Below, piece after piece: positions 58,916 through 64,000 of a DNA stretch of 64,000 nucleotides. The stretch's first letter is position 1, and the number at the start of each line of letters is the position of its first letter. The position numbers and the translations under genes are program-made. The stretch is from positions 41,902 to 105,901 of the IMG/VR virus record IMGVR_UViG_3300043409_001491. One strand, written 5' to 3'. The notes below the pieces were generated by a model. It did not search any database. It saw only the letters and a list, made by a program, of their open reading frames with translations, and was not told the DNA's origin. This DNA comes from a virus.

Positions 58916-60680
58916 TTTTCTTGAAGTATTAAAAGAAAATCACTTTATTGAAACTCCAGTTGACGTAAAGACATTTGTCCAGTCACCTGACTATCTTGGT
59001 CAACCAATTTTATCTGACATTCAATACGAAATTGTTGAAGCAATGAGTCAGATATATCGTAAAGAAGATTTAATTGACATCATGGGTGATGTTGAAGGCT
59101 CAAGACATTTTGCCAAGTACACAAAAAATGAACTAATCCTTCAACTTGGCAAGGGTAGCGGTAAAGATTTTATATCAACAGTAGCCTGTGCATACGTAGT
59201 GTATAAACTGTTATGCCTTAAAGACCCTGCAATATATTATGGTAAGCCTGCTGGAGATGCTATTGATATTATTAACGTTGCTGTTAACGCACAACAAGCA
59301 AAGAACGTTTTCTTTAAAGGTTTTAAAACAAAGATTGAGAAGTCCCCTTGGTTTGCTGGAAAGTATAATGCCAAGGCTGACTCAGTTGAGTTTGATAAGG
59401 CAATTACCGTTTATTCTGGACACTCAGAAAGAGAATCGCATGAAGGTTTAAACTTGCTTATGGCAGTCCTTGATGAAATTTCTGGCTTTGTAAGTGAAGT
59501 TGCATCTGGCAATGAGCAGGGTAAGACTGCTGATAATATTTATAAAGCATTTCGTGGATCAGTAGACTCTCGTTTTCCAGACCTTGGAAAAGTTGTTTTG
59601 CTTTCCTTCCCTAGATATCAGGGTGACTTTATTTCACAAAGGTATGAATCAGTTATTGCAGATAAAGAAACAATTGAACGAACACATACCTTTATCATGA
59701 ACGAAGACTTGCCCCACACTGATCCAGGAAATCAATTTCAAATTTCGTGGGACGAAGATAACATTCTTCAATACAAAATTCCAAGGGTATACGCATTCAA
59801 AAGACCTACATGGGAAGTAAACCCAACCCGTAAGATAGAAGACTTTAAACTAGCATTCTATACTGACCTTGGCGATGCAATGATGCGTTTTGCCTGTATG
59901 CCAACATACTCATCTGATGCTTTCTTTAAGCAAATTGACAAGGTTGAGAAGTGTATGAACACTAGAAACCCAGTAGATTCATTTAGAAGGTTTGACGAAA
60001 CATTTGTACCAGATCCAGAAAAAACATACTACATTCATGCTGACCTTGCACAAAAGCATGACAAGTGTGCAGTTGCAATTGCTCACGTAGATAAGTGGGT
60101 AAATATTCAGGTAATTAAAGATTACGAACAAGTAGCACCAATAGTAGTAGTAGATGCAGTTGCCTGGTGGGAGCCAAGAGCAGAAGGCCCAGTTAATTTA
60201 TCTGAAGTAAAACAGTGGATTATGAATTTACGTAGACAAGGTTTTAATATTGGGATGGTTTCTTTTGACCGTTGGCAGTCATTTGATATCCAAAATGAGT
60301 TGCAGGCCGTTGGAATTAGGACTGAGACAGTCTCTGTTGCCAAGAAGCACTATGAGGATCTTGCTATGATGATTTATGAAGAGCGTGTTTCTATTCCAAG
60401 AATCCCTATCCTATTAGAAGAAATGTCAGAACTTAAAATCATGAAGGGCAATCGTGTTGATCACCCCCGTAAAAAATCTAAGGACTTGGCAGATGCCGTT
60501 ACTGGTGCGGTATTCGGAGCGATATCACACACACCAAAGAATAATAATACAGAGATAGAAATTCATACCTGGTCATCATCTGCGCGAGTTGCAGAAAGGG
60601 ACGAACGTATGGTAGAATTAGATAATCGGAAAATGCCTGACGATGTTAGGGATTTTTTAGATGGTTTTAATTTAATATAA
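58905..60680 (+). CDS. terL: Terminase large subunit
   Basis: GKGSGKD Walker A, AVLDE Walker B, HADLA...D nuclease, DHP...SKDLADA. Confidence 0.9.
   Translation: MFNDFLEVLKENHFIETPVDVKTFVQSPDYLGQPILSDIQYEIVEAMSQIYRKEDLIDIMGDVEGSRHFAKYTKNELILQLGKGSGKDFISTVACAYVVYKLLCLKDPAIYYGKPAGDAIDIINVAVNAQQAKNVFFKGFKTKIEKSPWFAGKYNAKADSVEFDKAITVYSGHSERESHEGLNLLMAVLDEISGFVSEVASGNEQGKTADNIYKAFRGSVDSRFPDLGKVVLLSFPRYQGDFISQRYESVIADKETIERTHTFIMNEDLPHTDPGNQFQISWDEDNILQYKIPRVYAFKRPTWEVNPTRKIEDFKLAFYTDLGDAMMRFACMPTYSSDAFFKQIDKVEKCMNTRNPVDSFRRFDETFVPDPEKTYYIHADLAQKHDKCAVAIAHVDKWVNIQVIKDYEQVAPIVVVDAVAWWEPRAEGPVNLSEVKQWIMNLRRQGFNIGMVSFDRWQSFDIQNELQAVGIRTETVSVAKKHYEDLAMMIYEERVSIPRIPILLEEMSELKIMKGNRVDHPRKKSKDLADAVTGAVFGAISHTPKNNNTEIEIHTWSSSARVAERDERMVELDNRKMPDDVRDFLDGFNLI
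60610..60618 (+). promoter_or_regulatory. Possible extended -10 promoter for ORF 60722
   Basis: TGGTAGAAT in the 3' end of terL. Confidence 0.35.
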
Positions 60681-60721
60681 TATTCTGGTCAAAGTATCAG
60701 ATAAAACTAACAAGGAGAAAA

Positions 60722-61858
60722 ATGAATTCATTTAAAAAGATTAGTCTAGTCCTGGCTGCAGCCTTGGCTTCTACGGTTCTTGGTACGGCAACTGCACAAG
60801 CAGTTCCTACTATTGCAGTATCTGTCAGTACAGTTGCAGATACAGATGCAAATACATTAGCAGGTGCGGCAGTAGTAACTGTTCCGTCTGACAACAAGGT
60901 AGACGCTGCGGATGCAGTTAAGTTTGCCCTAACAGGTGTTGACACAGGAACAGTAGTTTCTGTTGTAACATCGGGAGCACTTATTGTTCCAGCACTGTGG
61001 GCATCAACTGCCCCAGTCACATCTGCTTCAGGAGTAACATCATACTCAGTTAATACTGGAACAGGTACAACAGCAGAATTTTATGTTTACACAAAGTCAA
61101 CTGCTACAGGCACTGTAACAATTACCAATGGCGGAAACACATATGTATACTACGTAAAGGGAACCGCTGGTCCTGCATACAACATCTCACCAGTAGTTGC
61201 TCTATCAGCAAATACTTCAAGCGTTGTTGAATACTCAACTACAGTTACAGATATTTTTGGAAATGTACCAGCAGGAACTACACCAGTAGTTACTGTTGTA
61301 GGCGCAACAGTTTCTGTATCATCTGGATCTTCGGATGCCTCTGGCATTTCTAAGGTATCTGTTACATATCCAGTAACAGCAGGTAATGCTGCAATTGGTT
61401 TTGCTATTACAGCAACAGATGTTGATGGACTTCCAGTAGCAGTTAAGTCTGTTACAAAGTTTGTTACAGTTTCTGATCTTGCTACAAGCAATGCATCACT
61501 TACTGCACAACTAGCAGCCTCAGTCGCTGCTCGTGCAGCAGATGCAACAGCAGCAGCAGCAGCAGCCACTGCTGCTAAAGCAGTAGCAGATGCAACACTT
61601 GCAACAGCAACTGCAGCACTTGCAACAGCAAATGCATCACTGGCTAAGGCAACTGCAGACGCGGCCCTTGTAAAGGCAGCGGCAGACAAGGCACTTGCCG
61701 ATGCAAAGGCAGCAGCAGATTCAGCAACAGTTACCGCTAAGGTAGCATCTGATCTAGCAACAGCAACTGCAGCAGCAAAGTACAAAGCGGAATACAATGC
61801 ACTTGCAACTAAGTGGAACAAGAAGAATCCAAAGGCTAAGGTTACTCTAAAGAAGTAA
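60722..61858 (+). CDS. Secreted Ala/Thr/Val-rich surface (S-layer-like) protein
   Basis: Signal peptide MNSFKK...AQA; Ig-like beta-rich body; Ala-rich coiled coil; basic C-terminus KWNKKNPKAKVTLKK. Confidence 0.65.
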   Translation: MNSFKKISLVLAAALASTVLGTATAQAVPTIAVSVSTVADTDANTLAGAAVVTVPSDNKVDAADAVKFALTGVDTGTVVSVVTSGALIVPALWASTAPVTSASGVTSYSVNTGTGTTAEFYVYTKSTATGTVTITNGGNTYVYYVKGTAGPAYNISPVVALSANTSSVVEYSTTVTDIFGNVPAGTTPVVTVVGATVSVSSGSSDASGISKVSVTYPVTAGNAAIGFAITATDVDGLPVAVKSVTKFVTVSDLATSNASLTAQLAASVAARAADATAAAAAATAAKAVADATLATATAALATANASLAKATADAALVKAAADKALADAKAAADSATVTAKVASDLATATAAAKYKAEYNALATKWNKKNPKAKVTLKK

Positions 61859-61874
61859 CTTAACCTAATAAGTT

Positions 61875-61909
61875 AGAGGGTTGGCTAAGTGCCAGCCCTC
61901 TTTCTTTTT
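61875..61909 (+). terminator. Intrinsic terminator
   Basis: AGAGGGTTGGC-TAAGT-GCCAGCCCTCT followed by a T-rich tract. Confidence 0.8.
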
Positions 61910-61918
61910 ATATAAAAA

Positions 61919-61927
61919 TGGTATAAT
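61919..61927 (+). promoter_or_regulatory. Extended -10 promoter
   Basis: TGGTATAAT directly after the terminator. Confidence 0.6.
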
Positions 61928-61974
61928 AAACTTATTAGTCATATCCACCACTACGACTATATAGGGAGAAAAAT

Positions 61975-64000
<2,026 letters not shown>

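Noticed and set aside
16515-60680. Inteins or introns in nrdJ, dnaB, dnaE, recA or terL
   Set aside because: Lengths are ordinary, motifs are contiguous, and no intein or homing endonuclease signatures were seen

Overview
AT-rich 64 kb segment of a large tailed dsDNA phage (siphovirus-like: HK97-type head genes, tail tube, 2247-aa tape measure, no sheath seen). Almost all genes lie on the + strand. Order: (1) 1-5.6 kb accessory block with two 2OG-Fe(II) oxygenases, three fucosyltransferase-like GTs and a GDP-mannose 3,5-epimerase; (2) a secreted lysozyme/SLT-like gene on the - strand; (3) 6.3-22.3 kb fibre/accessory virion genes interrupted by a class II (B12) ribonucleotide reductase; (4) portal, protease-scaffold, major capsid, head-tail, tail tube, two tail chaperone paralogs, tape measure and tail-tip genes; (5) replication/recombination module (DnaB, primase, SSB, DnaE, RecA, Cas4-like, RuvC-like); (6) terminase; (7) two secreted Ala/Thr/Val-rich surface-type proteins, the last running off the window. 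Gene content, SigA-type extended -10 promoters and apparent leaderless starts point to an actinobacterial host, plausibly a low-GC freshwater lineage (inference). Most notable: a self-contained hydroxylation plus L-galactose/L-fucose-type glycosylation locus; a tail chaperone G/G-T pair made by gene duplication rather than frameshifting; a genome-wide TGnTATAAT promoter array; a likely ATC-initiated surface protein gene. No tRNA, rRNA, CRISPR array, integrase or intein was recognised. All product calls rest on motif recognition and synteny, not database searches.
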